From the sequence record ON529853.1: a stretch of 64,000 nt of DNA, one strand, 5' to 3'. This document shows positions 20,100 to 28,247 of the stretch, one piece after another; the stretch's first letter is position 1, and each line of letters begins with the position of its first letter. The position numbers were made by a program, and so were the translations under genes. The notes beneath the pieces were generated by a model. That model was not told the origin of the DNA and did no database searches. It was given only the letters and a program-made list of their open reading frames with translations.

Positions 20100-20366
20100 A
20101 TGAATGAACCTCTGACACCTGCCGAGATCGATGAAGGCTGGAGGGCCGAGCCCTGCGGCTGCGCCTATCACCCTGGCTCCAGCACCCCACGCCGCATCGA
20201 CGGCGGCATGGTCGTGGTCAACGAAGGGTTCCGGCGACGGTGGTGTCAGGCGCACACCGACGAGATCATGCAAAAGCGCGACGCCCTGCGCCAGCGCCTG
20301 TTCGAAGCGGCGGACCTGCCGACGCCCAGCCCGATGACGTTGTGGCTGCGGCGGAACCGCTGCTGA
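20100..20366 (+). CDS. Hypothetical protein
   Basis: ATGA-coupled ORF. Confidence 0.5.
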   Translation: MNEPLTPAEIDEGWRAEPCGCAYHPGSSTPRRIDGGMVVVNEGFRRRWCQAHTDEIMQKRDALRQRLFEAADLPTPSPMTLWLRRNRC

Positions 20367-20367
20367 C

Positions 20368-20838
20368 ATGGCGGTTCTCGACATCGGCTCGTGGAAGCCC
20401 TGGCCCTCGGGCGCCTTGTCCAACTTCCCGCCCCACGCCTTCGTGTTCGAAGACGTCGAGTGCGCCTCCATGGAGGGGCTGGTCCAGGCGTTCAAGTTCA
20501 ATGAGCCCTATAAGCAGGTCATCACCTGCAAGGCCGTGGGCGAGGCCGCCAAAAACATGGGCCGCCGGCGCAACCTGCATTGGCAGCGCGCCCAGACCCT
20601 GTGGTGGAAGTCCGACGCCTACGACCGGCATGGCCCCGAATATCAGGCCCTGCTGGATCGCGCCTACAACGCCCTGGCGACCAACCCCGATTTCCGCGAC
20701 GCCTTGCTCGCGACGGGCGATCACTTCCTGACCCATTCGATCGGCGGGCGTGACCCGCACGAGACCATCCTGACCGAAGCCGAGTTCTGCACCCGGCTGA
20801 TGCGGCTGCGCCGCGAAATCCGCGAAGGCCTGAGATGA
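20368..20838 (+). CDS. NADAR (YbiA-like) family protein
   Basis: LSNF...SMEGLVQAFKF, AKNMGR and FRDALLATGDHFLTH motifs. Confidence 0.65.
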   Translation: MAVLDIGSWKPWPSGALSNFPPHAFVFEDVECASMEGLVQAFKFNEPYKQVITCKAVGEAAKNMGRRRNLHWQRAQTLWWKSDAYDRHGPEYQALLDRAYNALATNPDFRDALLATGDHFLTHSIGGRDPHETILTEAEFCTRLMRLRREIREGLR

Positions 20839-21089
20839 CCGCCCCTTGCATCTATCTGACGGCCCCGGCCGAACTGCATGAGGCCAAACGCTTCGGCGAC
20901 GGTTGGCGCCCGGTCGCGCAGCCGGACCGCTTCTTGTGCGCCTGGGCCACCTACCACGAGGACGCGGTCGCCGCGTTGTCGAAGGCGCCGCCCTGGCTGG
21001 TGACCAACGCCCTCGCCGGCCACCTGGTGCGGGCGAGCAAGGATTGCCCCCGGTGCCCCTACTACCAGGCGGGCGATCCGGTCGAATAG
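20835..21089 (+). CDS. Hypothetical protein
   Basis: ATGA-coupled ORF. Confidence 0.55.
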   Translation: MTAPCIYLTAPAELHEAKRFGDGWRPVAQPDRFLCAWATYHEDAVAALSKAPPWLVTNALAGHLVRASKDCPRCPYYQAGDPVE

Positions 21090-21120
21090 CCGTAAATCCT
21101 GACATTTTCTGCCGTATTTC

Positions 21121-21149
21121 TTGACACCAACCACGGCGTTAACCATAGT
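21121..21149 (+). promoter_or_regulatory. Sigma70-like promoter with embedded TTAACCAT box
   Basis: TTGACA-17 nt-CATAGT upstream of the RNA ligase gene. Confidence 0.7.
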
Positions 21150-21181
21150 CCGAGGCTTGAACCCCGACCTCAGGACTTGCC

Positions 21182-22381
21182 GTGAGCACCTTTGCTGTTC
21201 CGATCCTCGCGATCGACGACGTCTACGATCACCCCAACGCTGATCGCCTCTCCATCATCCGTATTCGCGGCTACGAAGCCGTCGCCGGCAAGGCCGAGGA
21301 CGGCTCGCACCGCTTCGCCAAGGGCGAGCGCATCATCTACGTGCCCGAGGGCGCGGTGGTGCCGGACCAGCACCTGAAAGAGCGCGGATACTGGAACGAG
21401 GCCAAGGGCGTCGGTCTGCTGGCGGGCACAAAAGGCAACCGCGTCAAGGCCATCACCCTGCGCGGGGTGCTGAGCCAAGGCCTGGTGTGGAAATCCTACC
21501 GGCTTCCGGGTGAATCGCTGTTCAGCGATCGCGTGCACGCTTCCTACTCGGCGGGTGAGGGTCGCGTGGCCCTGCACACCTACGGCGTCGGCGACGACGT
21601 CGCCGACTTCTTCGGCATCACCAAGTACGACCCGCCGATCCCGCCGGGCCTGGACGGCGACGTCGTCGGCATCTTCGAATCGATGTTCAACTACGACATC
21701 GAGAACGCCAAGGCCTTCCCGAACCTGTTCACCGAGGACGACATCGTCACGGTGACGGAGAAGCTGCACGGCACCTTCTGCCGCATGACCTACATGCCCG
21801 GCATCGAGCCGCGCGAGGACCTGTTCGGCGACGGCCGCGTGGCGATCACCTCCAAGGGTCTGGGCGCCGACGGCCTGGTGTTCAAGAACACCGCCTTCAA
21901 TCGCCAGAAGAACGTCTACGTGCGCAACATGCTGCCCCTGGTGGACCACTTCGTCTCGGCCTGCAACCAGGACGCCAAGGGCCTGACGGTTCACCTGATG
22001 GGCGAGGTCTACGGAGCCGGCGTGCAGGACCTGAAGTACGGTCGCACCGAGGACCAGGGCTTCGCCGCCTTCGACGTCTGGATCGAGAAGTCGGGATTCC
22101 TGGCCGAGGTCGAGAAGGACTACGCCTGCATCGCCTTCGGGGTGGAGCGAGTGCCGGTCCTGTTCGAGGGCTTCTACGACAAGGCGCTGATCGAAGACTT
22201 CGCCAAGGGCGACACCACGATCGACGGCGCCGAGAACATCCGCGAAGGCGTCGTCGTGACCCTGACCGGCGAGCAGGACAAACGCCCCGACGGCAACGGC
22301 CTGGGCGGCACCCTGCGCCCGATCTGCAAGGTCGTGTCGGAAGCCTACCTGACCCGCAAGGGCGGGACCGAACTGCAATAG
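21182..22381 (+). CDS. RNA ligase, Rnl2/DRB0094-like family
   Basis: N-terminal HPNADRL OB-like domain, TEKLHGT (motif I), GEVYG, FDV and REGVV. Confidence 0.85.
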   Translation: MSTFAVPILAIDDVYDHPNADRLSIIRIRGYEAVAGKAEDGSHRFAKGERIIYVPEGAVVPDQHLKERGYWNEAKGVGLLAGTKGNRVKAITLRGVLSQGLVWKSYRLPGESLFSDRVHASYSAGEGRVALHTYGVGDDVADFFGITKYDPPIPPGLDGDVVGIFESMFNYDIENAKAFPNLFTEDDIVTVTEKLHGTFCRMTYMPGIEPREDLFGDGRVAITSKGLGADGLVFKNTAFNRQKNVYVRNMLPLVDHFVSACNQDAKGLTVHLMGEVYGAGVQDLKYGRTEDQGFAAFDVWIEKSGFLAEVEKDYACIAFGVERVPVLFEGFYDKALIEDFAKGDTTIDGAENIREGVVVTLTGEQDKRPDGNGLGGTLRPICKVVSEAYLTRKGGTELQ

Positions 22382-22396
22382 GAGTCACGTTTTCCG

Positions 22397-22741
22397 ATGC
22401 AGTCGCTTCAGGACGGCCTGGTTGAATGGGCCACCTACGCCTTCGGGCGTGAAACGATCGACGACCAGCGCCAGCGCGCCATGCGTTGCCTGGAAGAGGC
22501 GATCGAACTGGCCCAGGCCCTGGGCGTAGATGAGGCGGCCTGCCACCGGCAGGTCGTCCACACCTACGGCCGCCCCGTCGGCGATCCCGCCCAGGAGGTC
22601 GCCGGGGTCATCAACGGCGCCCTGATGGCGGCCGAGAGCATCGGCGTCGACGGCCTGCTGGTCGCCGAGGCCGAACTGGAGCGCGTCTGGCTCTGCGTGG
22701 ATGAAATCCGCATCAAGCAACTGGCGAAGGTTCAGCCCTAA
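22397..22741 (+). CDS. MazG-like all-alpha NTP pyrophosphohydrolase
   Basis: CLEEAIELAQA...QEVAGV acidic helix pattern. Confidence 0.55.
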   Translation: MQSLQDGLVEWATYAFGRETIDDQRQRAMRCLEEAIELAQALGVDEAACHRQVVHTYGRPVGDPAQEVAGVINGALMAAESIGVDGLLVAEAELERVWLCVDEIRIKQLAKVQP

Positions 22742-22744
22742 GCC

Positions 22745-24679
22745 GTGGCCCACATCGACTATGAGAACAACCTGTTCCTCGGACGCGGCACGTTCGAGGA
22801 GCGGGAAATCTTCCGGGACGTCCTGGGCAAGTTCCAGGGCTTCACCTTCTCCAAGGAATACGGCTGCTGGACGACCGGCGACGTCGTGATGGCCCAGGCC
22901 GTCAAGGGCGTGGTCTGGACCGACCGCGCCATGGCGCGCCTGCGCACCCTGCTGGAAGCCGCCAAGATCAGCGAAGAACTGTCGTGGCGATCGGATACGA
23001 CCTATGTGCCGCCATCGCCGCCGGGTTTGAGTTACCTCCCCTACCAGCGCGCCGGTATTGAGTATGCACTTATGCGCAAAGATACTCTTATTGCCGATCA
23101 GCCTGGTCTGGGCAAGACTATACAGGCCATCGGTGTCTTGAATGCTGATGAAACTATCAACTCTGCTCTATTCATCGTTCCCGCATCTCTAAAGATCAAC
23201 TGGCACCGCGAGATCGACAAGTGGATGCTGCCGAACCTGACCTTCGGCATCGCCGAGGCCAAGCGGATCGACAAGGAGTTGATCGGCTACGCCAAGGCCT
23301 ATGAACATGTCGAGGACGGCGTCTACAAGTCCGGCCCCAAGGCCGGGCAGCCGAAGTTCAAGAAGGTCGAGGTCCAGGGCAAGCCCAAGTATCGCAACGT
23401 CGAGACGTCGGACTACTGGCCCGACACCGACATCGTCATCATCAACTACGACATCCTGGAACGTTTCGCGGTCCAGATCAAGGAACGCAACTGGGACTAC
23501 CTGGTCTGCGACGAGTGCCACGCGCTCAAGAGCGCCGCGACGGGGCGCACCCTGTTCGTCCTCGGCGGCAAACAGGAGTTCAACAAGACCCAGCGCGACA
23601 AGCGCAAGGCCGAGGGCCTGTCGACGCGCCCCGTCTGGCACCGCGCCATCGACGCCAGTCGCCGCGTCTTCCTGTCGGGCACGCCGATGATGTCGCGCCC
23701 GATCGAGTTGTGGCCGGTGGCGCACGCCTTCAACCCCTCTGGCCTGGGCCGGGACTACAACGACTTCGCCTACCGCTACTGCGCCGCCTGGACGACCGCC
23801 TACGGCCTGGACGTCTCGGGCGCCTCGAACCTGGAGGAACTAGGTCAGAAGGCGCGCGCCAGCTTCATGGTGCGCCGGCTGAAACGCGAAGTGCTGCCGG
23901 AACTGCCGCCCAAGCGCCGGATCGTGGTCACGCTGGACAGCCCGGAAATCCGCGACCTGGTCGCCCGTGAGGACGAACTGGCCCAGGCGCTGCGACTCTA
24001 CGAGAACGTCACCCTCAACAAGGGCGCGGTGGTCGACGAGATCAACCACGGCATCCAGATCGTCAATCACATGACGCGGATGGGGATGACGGACGAGTTC
24101 GATCCGGACAACCCGAACTGGCGCTCCCTCGATCTGGACTACGCCGCCTCCGTCGCCGGCCTGGAGCCGCCGGCCGTCGCCATCCTGTTCGAGGAGATGG
24201 CGAAGGTGCGCCGCGACCTCGGGCTCGCCAAGCTGAGCGCGCTCAAGCCGTGGATGGACGACTTCCTGGAGGGCGGCGAGAAGCTGCTGATGTTCGCCTA
24301 CCACTCCGACGTGGTCAAGGCGCTGGCGCTGGCGGCCGAGAAGTGGAACCCGGCGGTGATCTGGGGCGGCACGCCGCTGCACAAGCGCCAGGGCGAGGTC
24401 GACAAGCTGCAAGGCGACGAAAGCTGCCGCCTGTTCATCGGCAACATCCAGGCGGCCGGCGTCGGCTTCACCATGACGCGCGCCCATGACGTCGCCTTCG
24501 CCGAGGGCGACTGGGTGCCTAGCCAGATCGAACAGTGCGAGGACCGCGCCTGCCGCATCGGCCAGACGGCCGAGAAGATCAACAGCTACTTCCTGGTCGC
24601 CAACGGCTCGCTGGATTCCCGCATCGCCCAGGCCGCCAAGGCCAAGGAAGACAACATCAACCTGGCGATGGGCGCGTGA
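22745..24679 (+). CDS. SNF2-family (HARP/SMARCAL1-like) helicase
   Basis: DQPGLGKT, VCDECH, LSGTP, GVGFTMT and QCEDRACRIGQ motifs. Confidence 0.88.
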   Translation: MAHIDYENNLFLGRGTFEEREIFRDVLGKFQGFTFSKEYGCWTTGDVVMAQAVKGVVWTDRAMARLRTLLEAAKISEELSWRSDTTYVPPSPPGLSYLPYQRAGIEYALMRKDTLIADQPGLGKTIQAIGVLNADETINSALFIVPASLKINWHREIDKWMLPNLTFGIAEAKRIDKELIGYAKAYEHVEDGVYKSGPKAGQPKFKKVEVQGKPKYRNVETSDYWPDTDIVIINYDILERFAVQIKERNWDYLVCDECHALKSAATGRTLFVLGGKQEFNKTQRDKRKAEGLSTRPVWHRAIDASRRVFLSGTPMMSRPIELWPVAHAFNPSGLGRDYNDFAYRYCAAWTTAYGLDVSGASNLEELGQKARASFMVRRLKREVLPELPPKRRIVVTLDSPEIRDLVAREDELAQALRLYENVTLNKGAVVDEINHGIQIVNHMTRMGMTDEFDPDNPNWRSLDLDYAASVAGLEPPAVAILFEEMAKVRRDLGLAKLSALKPWMDDFLEGGEKLLMFAYHSDVVKALALAAEKWNPAVIWGGTPLHKRQGEVDKLQGDESCRLFIGNIQAAGVGFTMTRAHDVAFAEGDWVPSQIEQCEDRACRIGQTAEKINSYFLVANGSLDSRIAQAAKAKEDNINLAMGA

Positions 24680-25098
24680 CCTTCCGCAGCGCGTGGCAGA
24701 AAGAGATCGACGACCAGTTCTGGGGCGGCGAACCGTTCGCCGTCCGTCAACGCCGGGTTGAGGCTGAACGCCGCGAGCGGTGGTTCCAGGAAGTGCGCAT
24801 CAATCCGTCGGCCGAGGTCCTGGTCGGGCTGTGCCGTACAGCGCGGTCACAGGGTCTGCGTGGCATGCTGCACCAGGGAGACCTCTACTGGTGGCAGGCC
24901 TATTACGCCACGCACCACGACGCCCTTCACTGGATGGCGATCCCCGGAAACAAACTGGCGTCCGGCGTGGAGTTGCACGTCTTCGACGACGACGGCGTAG
25001 GCCTGACCGCGTTCGAGCCAGCGGCTTTCGAAGCGTGTTTGATCCACCCGAGCCTGATCGGCCGGATCGACGCTGAAGGCGTCTTGATCAACACCTGA
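24676..25098 (+). CDS. Hypothetical protein
   Basis: GTGA overlap with the helicase stop. Confidence 0.55.
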   Translation: MTFRSAWQKEIDDQFWGGEPFAVRQRRVEAERRERWFQEVRINPSAEVLVGLCRTARSQGLRGMLHQGDLYWWQAYYATHHDALHWMAIPGNKLASGVELHVFDDDGVGLTAFEPAAFEACLIHPSLIGRIDAEGVLINT

Positions 25099-25180
25099 CG
25101 GGCGCCGGCGTTTTTCGCAACGCAACAAAAACGTGATAAGGGCGTTTCTTCAAGCTGTTCACTTCAGCTTCAGGGCCGTC

Positions 25181-25510
25181 ATGCATACCCGTAATCCAGA
25201 AGAGTTCTCACGCATCCTCGACGAGGCGGCCGAGTATATCGCGCGGCAGCCGATCCATCCCGGCCAGACCATGCCGGGGCTGTGGAGCCTGGATGACGGC
25301 TCGCACGAGCCGGCGCGGCTGATCGGCGTGATCGTGGCCCTGGCGCTGGCGCAGGTCTGCAAGGCCGGCGATTGCGACCTCCAGGCCGCGCTCTCCAGCT
25401 ACGCCGCCGTCACCCACAACATCCCCCTGATCGCCAAGGGCGGGCCGGACGTGATCGCCGCGCAGAACCTGCGCGACGCCGCCCGGACCCTGCGAGAAGC
25501 GAGTCACTGA
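25181..25510 (+). CDS. Hypothetical protein
   Basis: ATG at 25181, ends before the terminator. Confidence 0.55.
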   Translation: MHTRNPEEFSRILDEAAEYIARQPIHPGQTMPGLWSLDDGSHEPARLIGVIVALALAQVCKAGDCDLQAALSSYAAVTHNIPLIAKGGPDVIAAQNLRDAARTLREASH

Positions 25511-25515
25511 CACGA

Positions 25516-25549
25516 AAAAGGCCCGTCGCTGTCGAGCGCCGGGCCTTTG
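25516..25549. terminator. Bidirectional terminator closing the RNA island
   Basis: AAAAGGCCCG...CGGGCCTTTG. Confidence 0.7.
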
Positions 25550-25556
25550 ATCGTGA

Positions 25557-25643
25557 TGGAGGTGCGACCTGGACTCGAACCAGGATGAGGGTTTCCCCTA
25601 CGGCTTATGAGGCCGCTGCCTATTCCAGCCGCGCCACCGCACC
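25557..25643 (-). tRNA. tRNA with CAT anticodon and long variable arm (Met or Ile2 unresolved)
   Basis: Acceptor GGTGCGG/TCGCACC + TCCA; anticodon arm GCGGC-CTCATAA-GCCGT; variable arm AGGG-GAAA-CCCT; T arm CCTGG-TTCGAGT-CCAGG. The D stem is weak. Confidence 0.7.
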
Positions 25644-25644
25644 A

Positions 25645-25830
25645 AAAAGAAGTCCAGGCGTGCTCCCGTTACACTAAACCGGCGAGGGTCATGACCCTCG
25701 GGCGCCGGCTGCGGGGTTGAACCGCTCTGCCTGTGTTTCCGCCGCTGCGCCATGCGAGCGCCGGCCGCGAAGCCAACGCCTGAGGGCTCGAACCCCGGCG
25801 ACGAAGATTCGGACCAGCCCGTCGGCCGGT
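25645..25830 (-). ncRNA. Two tandem circularly permuted tRNA-like modules (YrlA-like)
   Basis: Each reads T arm, then loop-closed acceptor stem, then D arm. Example: GCGG-TTCAACC-CCGC, AGCCGGC..GCCGGTT, GTGT-AACGGGA-GCAC. Confidence 0.5.
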
Positions 25831-25873
25831 CCACGAACGCCGCTGCGCCGAGGGAGGCGCCGAGGCGATCGAA

Positions 25874-25951
25874 TGGGAGCGGGGACACGATTCGAACGTG
25901 CGATCTCTTGGTTATGAGCCAAGAATGTTGACCGGGCTACACTACCCCGCG
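25874..25951 (-). tRNA. tRNA-Met(CAT), initiator-like
   Basis: CGCGGGG 5' end with 1:72 mismatch, CTTGG-CTCATAA-CCAAG, GCACG-TTCGAAT-CGTGT, encoded CCA. Confidence 0.85.
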
Positions 25952-25962
25952 ACTCTTAGGCG

Positions 25963-26263
25963 CCAGTTCCGACGGCAGTGCGCCGGCTGGTACTCAACGG
26001 ACTCCTCCGCCGACCCTGCGCCAGGAACCATGGCAGACACAGGATCAAGACGAAGGCGTTGCTTTACACCCACCTTGGACGTCGGACCCGTCGGGCCGAC
26101 GAAACTTTGACCAGGGGTTGTGGGACGAGTAATCCCGCCCTCTGGCCCGGCGGACTACTAGGCCTGCCCTTGCCTGGGCTCCCCCAGACGTCCGGCACGA
26201 CTTTTGGTCAACCAACCTTTACTCACGGAGACGGACGTAGCACCCGGCGTGGATCGGAACTGG
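25963..26263 (-). ncRNA. Unassigned structured RNA of about 300 nt
   Basis: Ends pair (CCAGTTCCGA/TCGGAACTGG, then CGCCGG/CCGGCG). No credible ORF. It lies between the tmRNA and tRNA-Met. Strand inferred from neighbours. Confidence 0.5.
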
Positions 26264-26339
26264 TAGGCCCCTCTCCTGAACGGGCCGCCGTGCTCTGGCG
26301 GTGGTCCGTCGTCATCGCCGCCGGCGTCCGCCTGCGAGA

Positions 26340-26685
26340 GTAAAGTGGGGAACTTTCTGTTCCAAGGCCCGGCAAGCCGGGGTTCCCCATACCCGTGGTC
26401 GCCCTTAGGCGGCCAGGAGGACTCGTTCGCCAGCGGCGAAGTTGTCGTTGTGTGCTTCGACAGTTGTCAAAGTTGGATCGTGAGCAGCCCGAAGACCACC
26501 ATGCAGACCCTAGCACTCGCCATTCAATCCCGTCACCAACGTCAATCGATACTGTTCGGCCCCTCAAACCGCGCCCGTCTCCCATTATAGGAGGGGGATT
26601 GGTGGAGCCGACGGGATTCGCACCCGTGTCTTGTCCGTCTGTTTCGTTCTCTCTGCTTCGGTCCGAAGACCTCCGCGCGACGAAA
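26340..26685 (-). ncRNA. ssrA: Two-piece (circularly permuted) tmRNA
   Basis: The acceptor piece ends ...CCCGTCGGCTCCACCA at 26600. After an intervening segment the coding piece starts GGGGCCGA at 26563, giving G3:U70. Tag frame 26455-26405 reads AHNDNFAAGERVLLAA*. Outer boundaries are approximate. Confidence 0.9.
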
Positions 26686-26689
26686 TGCC

Positions 26690-26729
26690 TGTATACAGAG
26701 TCCGTTTCTGAGTGTCAAGCATTACGTCA
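26690..26729 (-). promoter_or_regulatory. Sigma70-like tmRNA promoter
   Basis: TTGACA-17 nt-TATACA. Confidence 0.8.
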
Positions 26730-26738
26730 AAGATTTTT

Positions 26739-26825
26739 TGGAGGGACGGGTGAGAATCGAACTCACGCCAGGCTTTCGCCAGGAGGATTTGCAGTCCCCC
26801 GCCTTACCACTCAGTCCACCGTCCC
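26739..26825 (-). tRNA. tRNA-Cys(GCA) with long variable arm
   Basis: GGGACGG/CCGTCCC + TCCA (U73); GGGGA-CTGCAAA-TCCTC; GGC-GAAA-GCC variable arm; GTGAG-TTCGATT-CTCAC. Confidence 0.85.
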
Positions 26826-26831
26826 CTGGTG

Positions 26832-26973
26832 TCGTTCTGGAGAGGGGAGCCCGCCCGTATCCGCCGCAGGTCCCGTGGTCGGTCCCGGCGGCGTCAGGGT
26901 TTCACGGCCCCAGGTCGACCCTCTCCCGTGATAGAGGGCGATACGCTGCGGACGGGCTCGCCTCTCCAGACGA
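26832..26973. ncRNA. Unassigned rod-shaped RNA of about 140 nt
   Basis: TCTGGAGAGGGGAGCCCG pairs with CGGGCTCGCCTCTCCAGA, with internal hairpins. Confidence 0.45.
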
Positions 26974-27205
26974 GAAGGACCGCCCTGTTGCACTCCCCGG
27001 AGGGATCGTGTGGCGGCCCGTGACCCTCGTCTTATAGCAGAGGCGCCCCGACCCCGCAACCGGGAAATGCCGGCTATGTCGAAAATCCCGACACTTCCCG
27101 CCCATTTTGACAAGAAAATAGAGGATTGAACTTTATGTTAAGTCGTGCTACGCTCTTCGAGCGGCCGACATTAGTGCGCCGCGTCCTGCCAACGGAGACA
27201 ACCAG

Positions 27206-27943
27206 ATGCTACACAGTGTTCATGGCGCCGTTCCCAAGCTTAAGCGCTGGTGCGGACCTTCCGCCATTTCCATCATTACCGGGCAACCCTATCACCATGC
27301 CCTGGCGTTGCTCAAAGACGTCAAGGCGTCCAGGCGCACTTACCGCATAGCGAAGGAGCCCGTCATCAAGGGCGCCTCGTCGCCCAGCGTCCGCACCGTC
27401 CTGAAGGACCTGGGCTATCTGACGACGCAGCGGGTGACGCCTGAGGGCATCACCGTCGCGGCCTGGCTGGCGGCCCGCCGTCCCGCCGATCTGTTCACGA
27501 CCTTTCTGATCGTGGCGGCCAATCACTGGATGGTGGTGCGCGGCGACGAAGCCTGCTGCGGCATTCTCGGGACGCCGACGCCGGTCGAGCGCATGAAGTT
27601 CCGGCGCGGCGTCGTCACCGAGTGCTGGGTGGTTGAGGCGTCCGCGCAGGGCGTGGCGCCGATCGTCACCGAGGTGCGGGCCAAACCGAGGGCGGCGGCG
27701 TCCGCCTGGGACCGGCGTGAGGCGAGCGACCGCCGCGCTTTCGCCAAGCTGGCGCGCCAACAGGGGTTCACCTACAAGATCGTGCGCGACTGCGACACGA
27801 TCCGCTACATGGAAATCGACGCCTGCGCCCCGTTCCCTCAAGGTCTCGCCACCCTGCACCACGACTGGGCGGAGACCCTGGACCGGGTCCGGCACTGTCT
27901 GGAGCATCCCGAGGACGCCGCCGAAGGCAGCTACGGCCGCTGA
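27206..27943 (+). CDS. Hypothetical protein
   Basis: 245 aa ORF ending at a terminator. An N-terminal WCGP and later NHW hint at a papain-like fold. Confidence 0.65.
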   Translation: MLHSVHGAVPKLKRWCGPSAISIITGQPYHHALALLKDVKASRRTYRIAKEPVIKGASSPSVRTVLKDLGYLTTQRVTPEGITVAAWLAARRPADLFTTFLIVAANHWMVVRGDEACCGILGTPTPVERMKFRRGVVTECWVVEASAQGVAPIVTEVRAKPRAAASAWDRREASDRRAFAKLARQQGFTYKIVRDCDTIRYMEIDACAPFPQGLATLHHDWAETLDRVRHCLEHPEDAAEGSYGR

Positions 27944-27948
27944 ACGCA

Positions 27949-27983
27949 AGAGCCCCGACCGATGTCTCGGCCGGGGCTTTTTC
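27949..27983. terminator. Bidirectional terminator
   Basis: AAGAGCCCCGACCGA...TCGGCCGGGGCTTTTT. Confidence 0.75.
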
Positions 27984-28247
27984 TCGCCGTCGTCTGTGTC
28001 TCGGCCGGCGCAGCGTCAGGAGGGTGTGTCGCGAGACCTCCGTCACGGCTCCAGGGCGCTGGGTCCCCTGAAGCAATCCTCACCTGAACCGGGCTTTCCT
28101 CCCCAAGGGGCTGAAGGTGGCGGCGTCCTGGCGACCCTGCGGGGCTCACACGGCAAGGTCGCTTCTCAATGCCAGGCATAGAAGTCGACAGGAGAAAGGG
28201 TTTTCCTATTCTCCGTCATTGGCGTGGTCCGATGTCGATGTAGCACA

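Noticed and set aside
25689-27113. ORFs in the track across the RNA island (for example 25978-26343, 26395-26931), and also 28224-29201 and 31052-31375
   Set aside because: They overlap tRNA/tmRNA/Y RNA structures or cross terminators, and lack SD sequences and GC3 bias.
28085-28110. Minus-strand GAGGAAAGCCCGG resembling the RNase P RNA CR-I motif
   Set aside because: No matching P4 partner strand or P1 closure was found. Kept only as part of the unassigned non-coding block.
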